A DNA stretch of 64,000 bases from Antedon mediterranea. Lineage: Eukaryota; Animalia; Echinodermata. Shown one piece after another: positions 36,848 through 48,472 of the stretch. Numbering within the stretch: the first letter of the stretch is position 1; each line of letters begins with the position of its first letter. The notes beneath the pieces are model-generated. The model was not told where the DNA came from, ran no database searches, and saw nothing but the letters and a program-made list of their open reading frames with translations. The stretch is taken from the NCBI RefSeq assembly GCF_964355755.1, contig NC_092670.1, positions 16,664,795 to 16,728,794 on the forward strand, written 5' to 3'. A program made the translations under genes and the position numbers.

Positions 36848-39800
36848 CTGTGAAGAAAAAATATTGAAATGCAATTAAACATATGTTAACTAAATCTAGT
36901 TTAATATTGTTATGACACGCTTTTTAATTAATTTATTGATTTATTTATTATTTATTTTTTTCATATTATCAATTATTAATTTGTCAAGGCAATCCCGCCA
37001 CAAGATTTTCGTCTTTTTGGGATCCTGCATTCGTCCATTTTTTTTTGTTCTCTTTTGTGTCGCAAACACCACTTTTATTCACATTCATATTATCTCATAT
37101 TACATAAAATCGTATTATTTAACATTTAACTTGTAAATGTCGTTACAGTTCATAAGTAACATTTTTACATATATGAATTCTGTATTACTCCTTTTTTCAT
37201 TAATTTTCTTATATTTTGTTATACACTTGACAGGATCATCATTATCATCTATCCCGTTTTAAAATAGTTCACACATTTTCATTTGCATTCGTCCATTTTT
37301 AACAATAATCTCAATCTGTCGTTACTGTTTTTTTTTTTTTTACTTTTTGTCTTTAGGACGTAAATAAATGTCTTTTGAATTTAAAAATTTGAAAAAATAA
37401 TTCAATAAATTCAGCGAAATACGAAGCCGGATTTCCACGAGACGAATTTATTCGCGCGAATCTAAAGTGTTCAATAATGAGCATGCGTATTAATATTTTT
37501 ATCTACTTTTTATAATGCGCAAACAATCATAACTCAGGATGTTCGATTCGCGCGAACATATTCGGTAATGGAAAAGAGGCTTAAGCTTGGTTCACATTAA
37601 AAATGCAAGGACGTAAGCGCAATACAAGCGAGTTGACCCGATGACTCTTGGTAATTTCCAATGATCGCGTCGTGATTGGTCAAAATATTTATACATTGGG
37701 CTTACGTACGTCATTGCGTTGCGTCAAAGTGTCAACCAAGATTTAGATTAGAACGGCGCGTCTCGTACATGTGTCAGCTATGTTTTTTTGTGGTATCTGG
37801 ACATTGTGTGGGTACCAATTGTTTCAACACCCTACTAGGCCTAGGCCAATATACTTACATCACGAATCGTTTGTTTCCATTCTATTTGAAGGGTAACTGC
37901 AGGATCATCATCGGTATTCACTTTTAAAAATGCTTTGAGTCCTGGCGCACCATTCTTTAAAAAAATACAACTCGATTAATACTGGGTGTTGGAGACAAGT
38001 GGTTATGTAACTGAAGTTAAACCGGGAAAAATTCTTTTTGCACGTGACCCCTTGACCCAATGGCCTGTTACACGCCGGGCTGTTTGTGGAGGGGAGGCGT
38101 GGCGGGCAAACAACATTGGTGTTTTTCTAAATCTTGATTTTGGATTAATTCACATACGTTTATAAAATTAATATTGTTAAAAAGGAGTACCTAAGAGTAA
38201 TCCTCATAAGGGAGGGGAAGTGCCTTTTTTAAGAAAAAAAGAAGGAACCCTGTAAAAATCATGGCTACGGGCATAACATACACGTTGGTCTCTTGACCAA
38301 GTGTCAATGGTACCAAGTAAACTTCAAGATTAACAGTAGGCCTACATGGATTAATGAATAGATAAATATTCATTAATCCAGCCTAAAGCCGATTTTCCAC
38401 TAGGCGAATTTGTTCGCTCGAATCGAACGCGCCAGCTTGTACGCATGTGTATTCATGTTTACGTCTTCCAAATCCTTCTCTACGCATGCGTATTAGCTGA
38501 CGCCTTCGATTCGCGCGAACAAATTCGCCTAGTGGAAAATCGGCTTAAATAATAAAATAATAATAATAAACTGGGTGAAACGAGTCAATGTGTAGGCCTA
38601 CAATGAGTCACCCACAGTAATTGAAGAATAACTTACATATTGGAATTGATCGGTGCTATCTCGGTTGAATATACCTTTTCGAGTTTGTCTAGAATAGCAT
38701 GTTCCTTTTTTATAACAAGGCAGACTCGTTAGATCTACAGTAGTTAAAAACAAAAACAATCATGACAGATGGAGGTCGTTTTATTTGTTTGCTTTAGCAT
38801 TTAAAAAATAATTTAATATGTCATTACAAAATTATGGTTAACGATGCAGTTATTTAGGCATATCGTCTTTGAGTAAACTTCTTAAACTTTTATTGTGAGT
38901 GTAGTATCAAAGAATATAAGAAAAATCATGAAAAAGGGATGTAATATAGAATACAAGATGAATTTACAAGATTTAAAATGTTACTGATGAAGTTGATCAA
39001 ATTAACAAAAATGTGATTGAAAATAATATGATTTTATGGTGGTGACGTGAAAGATGATTTTAATGTGAATAAAAGTGGTGTTTACGCCACAAAAAGAGAA
39101 ACCACAAAATTATGTCACGCACCACCAACTAAACTTCAGACTTTATTCGCGTACACTAAAGATCTTGATTTAGTTAGGCGCTGTTAACCAAATTAAAGTG
39201 TAATGTATTAATTAAATCAAGTTTTTTTTCCGATGAGTATATTTCTAATACATCGTTAACATCTCCATTACCCTACACTCTCATTGATTAAGTAATTACA
39301 TTAAGTAACGTATATTAATTACCATTTTCTTTACAATTCAAATTATTTGTTTACATATATATTGATACAATGGTGAAATTTGCATCTTTGCCTCTAGGGC
39401 TTTAATTGTACGTTCGGGTCAATATGCTTTTGTAAGAATCAATCTCTAAAGCAGGTAATGATTTTTAAACCATGAATTCGCGGTTCGAATCCAGTTACAT
39501 GATGTGATCGACCATCCTGTGTTTAGACTGGAACTGAAATACACTTCTAGTATCATGTGTTTTTTCTCCCTTTTTTTTCAATAGACAAAAGCTCTGTCTA
39601 CGCTATCAAACTAGTTTGACAAAAAAAAGTTTGATGTGCCCTAATATGGTGATAGTGTTAGTCCCAAAATTAGTAGTTATATGACATCATCATGTCCATA
39701 TATGGGCACATCACATTTTTTTGTCACATAACGTTTGATAATGTAGATATAGCTTAATAACTTGATTGTATCTTCGACCGGTAATATGCATTTTATTCTC

Positions 39801-42800
39801 CGGCGGTGACACCACCGCACCACAAATACAACGTGACGCGCCGGGTTACCTTATTTTTGTCGGTGACGTAAATACGTATACGATGTGTTTGATTTTCTAA
39901 AGTCTACGAAAATTAACGTTAATCTATGTCCATATCAATTCACACTCCAATATTCTACAAAGAGCTTAATCTATAGATTCGGATATCACTACCTTAAATT
40001 AGTAATTCAAGAATCGTATAGGAAAACGTCTTAATTAACAGAACTGCAATTTAGCACACATTTAAGCGATCAAATGTTTGGAAGCATTTGCCTTAACTTC
40101 ATATCTAGAAGATTACATCCCGACAAATCGAAAAGGTGCCGCTAAACCCGTTATATCCCCACCTGGATTTTAACAATAGCTTCCGTAATCTGGACTGCAA
40201 GTGTCTTGAATTGGGTAAATTTAGATAAATCGTATCATTAAAAAAAATTAGAAAATCAAGGGTTAATCTAAAAACCACTTACGCCTACTCTAACGGCGGA
40301 CGGTACTGGATAATACTGAGAAAAATACTTACATTTTAGTCGACATGATTTATTTTCATTTTAACATTCATTTAACTACTATCCTTCTTTTTATTCTAAT
40401 TTCTTTCTATCCTCATCTCTCCTTTCTCACCTCCTCTCTCATATTTCATTCCGCATCATTTTATTTCACGTTTTTCATAATCTATAGACCTCCCTTATCA
40501 TGTCATATGTTACAATATTTGAAATTGAAATATATATTTATTTATACTGGGTAACCTCTTCAGTCAAAGACTGGTCTCCCAGAGCGCCCAGTTGGTGATC
40601 AGTGGCTGTGATGTACTAATACACCGGGGTAACCCCCTACTCGTCTCGAAAGATGTACTAGGTTCTTTAAAGTGCACACGAGCTAGATGTGTACACTGGA
40701 CCTACGGTTTATAGTCCTTATCCGAGAAGACTCGTTCTACCACCAGAACCATGGAGTGAGTGAGCCTCGAACCCATGCCGATGTTATGGCTACGTAATTA
40801 CGGTTCCAATGTCTTAACCGCTCGGCCACTCACTCACTAAGGGGACACCTTAGTGAGCCAACAGTGTTGGTCCTCTAGCCTAATAATATATAGGGTTTGG
40901 TTCGGTAAAATTGGTTTGGTTGAATGTTTTAAAACACATACACAAATATTTCCCCTTTTTCAGTTTACGAGAAGTACAGGCCTGAGGCGTGTTAAAGTAG
41001 ACCCCCTCCTTTGTGTCACTCTTGTTCGGGAAGACACCCCTATATTAAGGAGGAAAATTTCCTGCAAATAATATTAAAGCCTACATTTAGACTTTTAAGC
41101 GCATACAAAAAGCCTCTATGCGCTTCACATAAAAATAAAAGTAATCCATGAAATAAATAAAAAAGACTGAGCAATTAAAAATATATGTATCTCAACTCAA
41201 TTAATATAGTTTATCGAGGTTGAAAATAGGCCTATTTGTTGAAATGTGAGTTTTTAAAAGCTGTTTAAATATGGTGGTTGTGTTAGCCTGTTTTATGTCG
41301 AATAATTCCAAAGGGTTATGAGGGAATGAGGAGCAACGATTTAACACTATACGGCAAACCCTTACTCAGGGGACACCTCTATTGGGACAGTATGTTTGGA
41401 CCCGGCCGTGTTCAGCACAAATTTGAGTCTAACCACATATGAGTGTATTGTATATTATTGCCGTGTGTATTGGTAATATTACGAGTGAAAGTTAGTAGTG
41501 GTGATGGAAATATATAAATGAAGTCAAATGGTCAATTAATAATATCGTAGAGGCCTATCATTAGTATGTCATGACGTTCAGGTTTTTAATCAAACCTACA
41601 TATCAAACGTATAGGCGCAATCAATCACGTGGGTGCAATTAAGAAAAAACTTATCTAGTTTCATAAATTATTTGTCAAATCTTTTAAATTTTATCGTTAA
41701 AATTTATAAATGTTCTTGTTTTTCAAACAGAAAATAAGGCGACGTGTACTTAATTGCTATATTCAAGGAAAAATTGCAATGTATTTCTAGATCAATATTC
41801 AACTAGTACCCTGACGCATTTAAATGCACTTACATCCTGACGCGTGTATAGATGCTTTTAGATAAAGTATCCTGACGCGTTTCCATAAACGCATTTAGAT
41901 CTAGTACCTTGACGCGTTTCCATAAACGCATTTAGATCAAGTACCTTGACGCGTTACTTATAGACGCTTTTAGATAAAGTATCTTGACGCGTTGCCATAA
42001 ACGCATTTAGATCAAGTATCTTGACGCGTTTACTTATAGACGCTTTTAGATCAAGTACCTTGACGCGTTACTTATAGACGCTTTTAGATAAAGTACCTTG
42101 ACGCGTTACTTATAGACGCTTTTAGATAAAGTATCCTGACGCGTCTCCATAAACGCATTTAGATCATGTACCTTAACGCGTTACTTATAGACGCTTTTAG
42201 ATAAAGTATCTCGACGCGTTTCCATAAACGCATTTAGATCAAGTACCTTGATGCGACATTAAACGTATTTATTATTAGTAAATAATAAAATAATTGCAAT
42301 TGTATTGAATGTACGCTTTTATATCAGCGGCACACTTCGACATGAAGGTGCGTCAAACCGAGTCGTATGTACTTATTAGATAAGGTACGGTATCGTGAAT
42401 TTTCATATGTTTTGAATGGATTTTTATAAGCGACAAATTACGAATCACAACATATAGACCTATAATTAAAGAAGGATATAGTACTTTTTATATAGTACTA
42501 TTTTTGCTATTTTACAGTATGTAGGCTGGTGATCCACATTTAAAATCATTGTGATACTGGAAGTGTCATAACAGAAAAGAATAAATATACAGAAATAAGG
42601 CCTAACAGTAAATGTAAATTAGGTTAGAAGCAAGAAAAGGATAAAAAAATTTGCTTTATTGCATAAATTAAAAGTTTAAAACATTTTTGAAATTGTATAA
42701 TATACATTCGTTTATATATATTGTTTACATAAAATATATACTTTAAACAAAAATTAGAAATACTTACTAAGTGCACCCGTGACGCTGTTTACAACAAAAA

Positions 42801-42846
42801 GAAAAGTAAGCATATGGTAAACAATTACCACCCATTTCGTCTCCAT
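36659..42846 (-). CDS. Uncharacterised secreted peptide precursor-like gene (3 exons, 121 aa)
   Basis: Exons 42768-42846, 38637-38734 and 36659-36847 join in frame: METKWVVIVYHMLTFLFVVNSVTGALNLTSLPCYKKGTCYSRQTRKGIFNRDSTDQFQYLLKLAAIEGRPHSVDSDAKWNTLQEAADDSDEYYLASNEEMRANENNIPDNSLWKMLFKDRI*. Confidence 0.7.
38387..38545. mobile_element. Palindromic MITE with TAA TSD (Harbinger-like)
   Basis: TAA|AGCCGATTTTCCACTAGGCGAATTTGTTCGC...inverse|TAA; decayed copies near 15269-15428 and 37425-37581. Confidence 0.8.
38637..38734 (-). CDS. Precursor exon 2: C-x5-C peptide
   Basis: tgtag|AT CTA ACG...CAA TAT|gtaagt; phase 1-0. Confidence 0.7.
39589..39755. mobile_element. Copy of the aagctctgtctacac MITE
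   Basis: Same arms and internal gatgtgccc/gggcacatc palindrome. Confidence 0.8.
40530..40837 (-). mobile_element. tRNA-derived SINE (same family)
   Basis: Reverse complement of 55673-55980; B box GGTTCGAGGC. Confidence 0.85.
41800..42255. repeat. 37-38 bp minisatellite with ACGCGT core
   Basis: About 12 units of tagat(c/a)aagtaccttgacgcgtt..., in two interspersed variants. Confidence 0.93.
42768..42846 (-). CDS. Precursor exon 1: signal peptide
   Basis: aagATGG start context, hydrophobic core, V-T-G cleavage motif, A|gtaagt donor (phase 1). Confidence 0.7.
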
Positions 42847-42924
42847 CTTGAACACCTATTTTTCGATAAACTTACTTTTCGTCAAGAGAGAGATACGGAT
42901 GCCTTCGTGCCGTATTTTGAATAA

Positions 42925-42959
42925 GACTGACTGACGTAGCCTACAGCAGCGATTTTATA
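42925..42959 (-). promoter_or_regulatory. TATA box and initiator of the precursor gene
   Basis: TATAAAA at 42959-42953; TCAGTC with its A at 42928, 31 nt downstream and about 80 nt before the ATG. Confidence 0.6.
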
Positions 42960-44270
42960 CGCTCTCTTGAAACCGCTGAATATAACGCATTTGAACCAAC
43001 AACGACCGGAAGATGTCGCGTACTGAAGAATCCGGCGGCGATGCCCAACCAACTTTTGGTTTGTTGTTAAATTTAAATTAAGTGTAATACAGTACTTGAT
43101 GATTAAAAGAGTCAATTCCGTACGGATTTGTGACTTTCTAATTACTACTAAAATAATGATGATGTGTCCGGTCGTTCGTTCTTTAATAATGAATGAGACA
43201 ATTCACTTGTATACTTTATACGCGTTTTTTAATTTTCATAATTCCATGTTGCCGTTAGCGAATTGGTGTTTATATAATTTTGAGTAAATTTACAAATAGT
43301 ACTGAGCGTTTATGAATTTACTACAGGCCACGAGAGAGGTTTACGTCTTCATAATGATATACATGCCTACCATTTTTTTAAACGACGAATATAAGTTGTT
43401 TTTATTATGATAATTTGAAATAATAGATAGAGATACAGATACAAATTAATTTATTGTCCAATATAAATGAAAATTACAGTGCTCATAAATTATCTTGGCT
43501 TGCCTAAAATAAATATAAGGGAAAAAACAAAACAAAAACTATCTAACAAATCTGTTTTTATAATGCCTTATCCCAGCTGTGTAGAACGAGTGAATGAATA
43601 ATTGTTGAGCTTTCAGATGATATATAGTATTTATTTTCAAATATATAAAGAGTCGCTATATCCAATCGGGTTTGAACTATACCATGAAAGCCCAGTGATC
43701 TAATTTTTAGTACATCTGCATATCAAGCAGAAGGTCCGGGTTCGAATCTCGTTGCCTTTTTTTAAATATTACATATTTCCTCATCTTATCGTTTCAAATT
43801 ATTTAATTAAATTTTAGTATATCACCGGGCGGTTTAGAATTTATGAGCTATGCCTAGTGTGTTTATATATGCCTGTTACTTATATAATGACTTAAAGACC
43901 ATAGACATCATCTTGTTTTTTTCTATGTTTTAATTGTTAATTGACTACCAAATAATATTCAAATATCCTTATTTTTCCGTTTTGAAATTTGCTGCATAGG
44001 GCACTTGGTCGAATTTCATACTAAATCGAGTTCGGTAAAATAAATACTTCAGTGCATGTACTCCGTCATTTTAACATTCATAACGCCCTCGAGTAAAAAT
44101 CCACACTCAATCAAGACGATATCAATATCCTGTTTAATTAATATCTCAATAACCAGGTAGATAATAAACCAGATTAAATATGTACAATAAATTATTTAAT
44201 ATACAATGTCATATTTGTTTCAACTTTAATCTTGCAATCACCTATGATCTATTTCTGCGCGATCGTTTTA

Positions 44271-44603
44271 AGGTACGGTTCCCACTAGAGAAAGTACGGT
44301 AAGACAAGGACGTAAAGCTCTGTCTACACTATCAAACGAGTTTGACAAAAAAGCGTGATGTGCCCAAATATGGTAGTGATAATGTCTAAATATGGTAGTG
44401 GTATGACATCATCATGTCCATATATGGGTACATCATATTTTTTTGTCACATAAAGTTTGATAGTGTAGACAAGGCTCAATCAACGACAGTCATTTGACCA
44501 AACACATGCGATGGATTATTTGAACTATCGCTTATCATTGGTCAACTCGCATAAGTTGCGCGTACGCCGTCATTGGGTTAGGCGTCCTAGTGGCCAACCA
44601 AGC
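44271..44603. mobile_element. ggttcccactag-family MITE interrupted by an aagctctgtctacac MITE (44314-44477)
   Basis: The outer element stops at aaggacgta and resumes after gtagacaaggct. Confidence 0.7.
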
Positions 44604-47600
44604 ATGAAGATCATACTAAGCCCCCGGATTCCGGTCCGGTGGCCGGAAAAATGTGAGTTACGTTTCCAAGCACTGCGTTCACATACGCACGTTTTCCACG
44701 ACGGTGGAATACATATTATCGAACGTTTTTAAAGAAAAAGTACTTTACTGCTACTGAAATTTACCATTTTGTAACGAACTTTATTTCTCGTAAATTGATA
44801 ATTTAGAACGTCTTCATAATAATGATAATGAATTCAAACACCCGAGGTGGTTTAGAATTCTGAGTTGGTGAAATTAAACGGTAGACGGGAAATTGATAAT
44901 CCTATCACGTAAATGTGTACGTTATAATTATAGGAGAAGCGATATAATTCAGTTTGGAGTTTCGTTACAATGGGTATAGTTTAACCAGTGTAGTGAAAAT
45001 ATCCCCAGTACAATTATGTGTACATCAAGACTGGATCTGTTCTATATAGCGAATACAGTAAACTTCTGATTAGTTGCACAATTTTTCGCGTCACAAATAG
45101 TAGATGATATATTAGTAGATAAAATATTAATAACGCATGCGCATTAGTCAACGTTTTCGATTCGCGCGAATAGATGCGTGATAATAGAAACGATTGATTG
45201 ATTGATTGATTGAGTATTCTTTATTTTTCAAACAAAACAAAATTCATAAAAGATATTAAAAGAAGAAGAAAATAAATTACAATAAAGTGTGAAAACAGGA
45301 TAATCACAAGCAAGCAAAGCTTTTAATCTGTGGCACCCTCACTTAAAATATAAATTTATAAATACATTACAAAAATGTTTTCATGTAGTAAATAAATTAT
45401 TAAGGCATTTGTGTTTTGACCTATATAGGCTAAACACCTGCGTAAGTTCTTTCCTTTAATCAATGGGAAGTTTTTGAAGGAATACTGTCGCTTTCAATTA
45501 GGCCTATATTTGTTTAAATCGAAAATCAATGCTTCATGGAAACCACTGTTATGCAAATTTACTTAAAAATTTCTAGATTAACATACATTCTTAGAAAAAC
45601 AAACACTTAATAAAGTGAAGATTGTCACTGGTCATTTGTACTATTTTCACACTAATATTACATGACAACCTAGTGTACTCTAATCATCGTTTTTCACGCA
45701 TTGTTGCAGAAATGTACCCCTATGTATAGTCTGGGTTCTAGGACGAAGTGTGTTTACTTAATATTAATAAAAAGATAAATATTTTGGCATATATGGCGTT
45801 TCATACGTATATTACTTTGGCTGGTATTTTCAGACAAAAATCGACTAACATAAAAAAGATAATAACTTTAGGCCTCTGTATCTGAATAGAAATGCGAACG
45901 AGGGTAGAAAGAGACCAAAATAACGGTACGGATGACATTCTATACAAGATACACATAATGAGGACTAGTTAGGCTACGTTCATCATGATGTATTTAATCA
46001 GTGTAGTTAACAGACTTCATGACTCCACGCTACATTACAAAATGATAGGTTTATAATTGTACACACGTATGAAGGAGGATGAAACAGTAATATGTTAATA
46101 AAACGATAAGAAAGAGACAGATCTCCACTTTGATTGAATTCTGATAAATGACTAGAATTTTAGATCAACAGCCTGTGCGATGACATTTTATGGATATTAT
46201 AAAAACATTTTGATTGCACTTTTCTTAATCATCGTATATAAATCGTCATTTAAATCATTGTAATGCCGTGGCATACTCTTTATCATTGTAGGCCAACATA
46301 ACATTTTAAAGGAAATATAAGTCGATAGTTTTGAACGAAGACACTGTATCAAGAAAACTCCCTAACACTTTAAAAAACGAAATACGTTCTTGTAGCATGA
46401 CTTTTTTCCCCCATAAATCTTACTTATCCATGACGTGTTTAATGATCATCGTCATAGTTATCGTCATCTTTTTTTCTCCATCATCAGAATCTGCCTCATC
46501 AGTGATGAAAGATCGGGTTTTTTTTTAACCCGAACCAACGATAGTCTGACCATCGCAGTTGTCATAGTGACGATATAAAGGTGTGTTTCCCACTAGAACG
46601 TAAGATAGCGCAAGAACGTAAGCGCAATGCAAGTTATTTTATCACCGTAAGCGATGCTGCGATAGATTATTTGAATTGTTGCTTGCCTTTGATCAATTCG
46701 CTTGTTCAAGTCAATCATCTTCAACGTATGTAGTGTTCTCTCGTTGAGGGGGTACGACAACATGTATTCAAAACTCCAAATCCACCTCTCCCTGCAGTTG
46801 TAGCCTATATATTTAAACTCTTGCAAAAGAGACTAAACGCCAGCAAATTGCTCCTAAGACTTGTAATTCCGCATATAAATAAGTATGTTTAATGGTTTAG
46901 CATTGCTTATACTACGGAAGCTTCTATGTGTCATTAACTTGTGGATGGCACTTAGAGGCTTCCGTAGTAGATAATATCAAATTAGGCAACATAATGTGCA
47001 ATTAAATTCCTTGTTCCTGTTGTTGATGTAGTTTTTCATCATCATATGCTGTATAGTTACCTGGTTCAGTGCTGGATACGTACTTTTACTTGTATTTATT
47101 TTATCAAAAATCCTCTCTTATTTGAAAATGATTATAATGTTCGTGTGATATAGTGTCGAAATCAAAGAATATAGCAAAATGTATAACAGATATTATACTT
47201 GAAACCGTCACCCCCAAAAACATGAAATCTTTGAATAGATTATTTTTTAGTTTTAATCAAGTTAATCACTTCCGTAAAAAAAAAACTTACAGTACTTATA
47301 AAATGACAAAAATAACCGGCTAAATTTAACCAAAAGCCCAATTTTACTATTTTTTGCTTTAAATTACAGTTTTTTAGGTAAATAAATTTTTTTAATTATT
47401 ATTATATTACTAATAACTATTAGGTGACATTAAAATGGCGTATTAAAAAAATGTAGACATTTTGAAATTATTATTCGATAAATTGAAATTATACTAAAGT
47501 GACAGGAACAGGCTTTCGTAGAAGTGCGTTTTCATAAGTAAGCAGTAAAGACCTCAAACTCATATCAAGGAGCTAATTAACAACTCGCTGCTCATAATAA

Positions 47601-47969
47601 TATGTAGACATAGTTGTAATAAAGAACGTGAAGAAAAATATTCTTATTTATTTTATAATGATTTTGTTTTATTCTGTAGGATAAAAAAATAATTATATTC
47701 GATTAACTTCAATTGAAGAAAATGTTACAGGTTTTCGCCTCTCACCTCTCTTAATTGAAGTGAATATCGTAACTGTAAAGAAAACAATTCACAGCGCCAT
47801 CCGTTTCAATGGCTATTGAGTAATCTGGGTGGGGTAAAGTGAACAGAGAAGCTTCATTTGAAATTTAAAGGGACACAATACATTAATCAATAAAGTCACA
47901 GACAAACGTATTTACAACTCGCATCACAGGTAATATTCAATAGAAATGGAAACAATACGCATTGCTCAC

Positions 47970-48070
47970 TGAACCAATCAAAACTGCTGTCATTTAATAC
48001 AACCTTTATGAAACATAATATATGATTGGATAGATGCTTCAAACCTGATCGATTCCCTTCACGTCAGCGT
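47970..48070 (+). promoter_or_regulatory. Candidate upstream motifs of the fibropellin-like gene
   Basis: aaccaatca and tgattgg CCAAT boxes plus a cacgtca half-CRE, 300-400 nt before the ATG. Confidence 0.3.
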
Positions 48071-48375
48071 CTGTAGGAAACAGAGATATTTTGTTGGTTC
48101 CAATGATATTATTATCGTTCGTATGTTATTATAGTTTTCATAAGTCAGCATGTTTTATTTATGATTATTCGTGTTTTAAGACCGAAGTCTTGTGTTAATA
48201 TAACAACCAGACGTGATATTGTGTTTTCGCTCGGCTTTGAAATGTTTGCGAAAGACACTTAGCAACAGTGATTAACAATTAAAGCGTATACTTACATTCA
48301 TTGCTGGAATTTTTCTTTTTATGGTGGTCAACTAAGAATATTACAGAAGAACACAGGACTATTTTAAAAAACAAA

Positions 48376-48472
48376 ATGTCTCCCACCAAGATACATTTAC
48401 TTTCATTACAGAGGACTTTTATAATCTGTTTGTGTATTCTAAATCGTGGTTGGATGGTATGGGGCACAGGCG
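48376..48472 (+). CDS. Fibropellin-like exon 1: signal peptide
   Basis: [33 protein letters not shown]|gtaagt phase 1, joins to give WGTGECSSGPC. Confidence 0.65.

Noticed and set aside
40283-40315. Extra exon of the peptide precursor gene (YYPVPSAVRVG)
   Set aside because: It is open only in phase 0, while the host intron is phase 1, where it introduces a stop.
46420-46560. Acidic coding-like fragment on the minus strand (TDEADSDDGE)
   Set aside because: It is short and frameshifted, and I could not build a consistent gene model from it.
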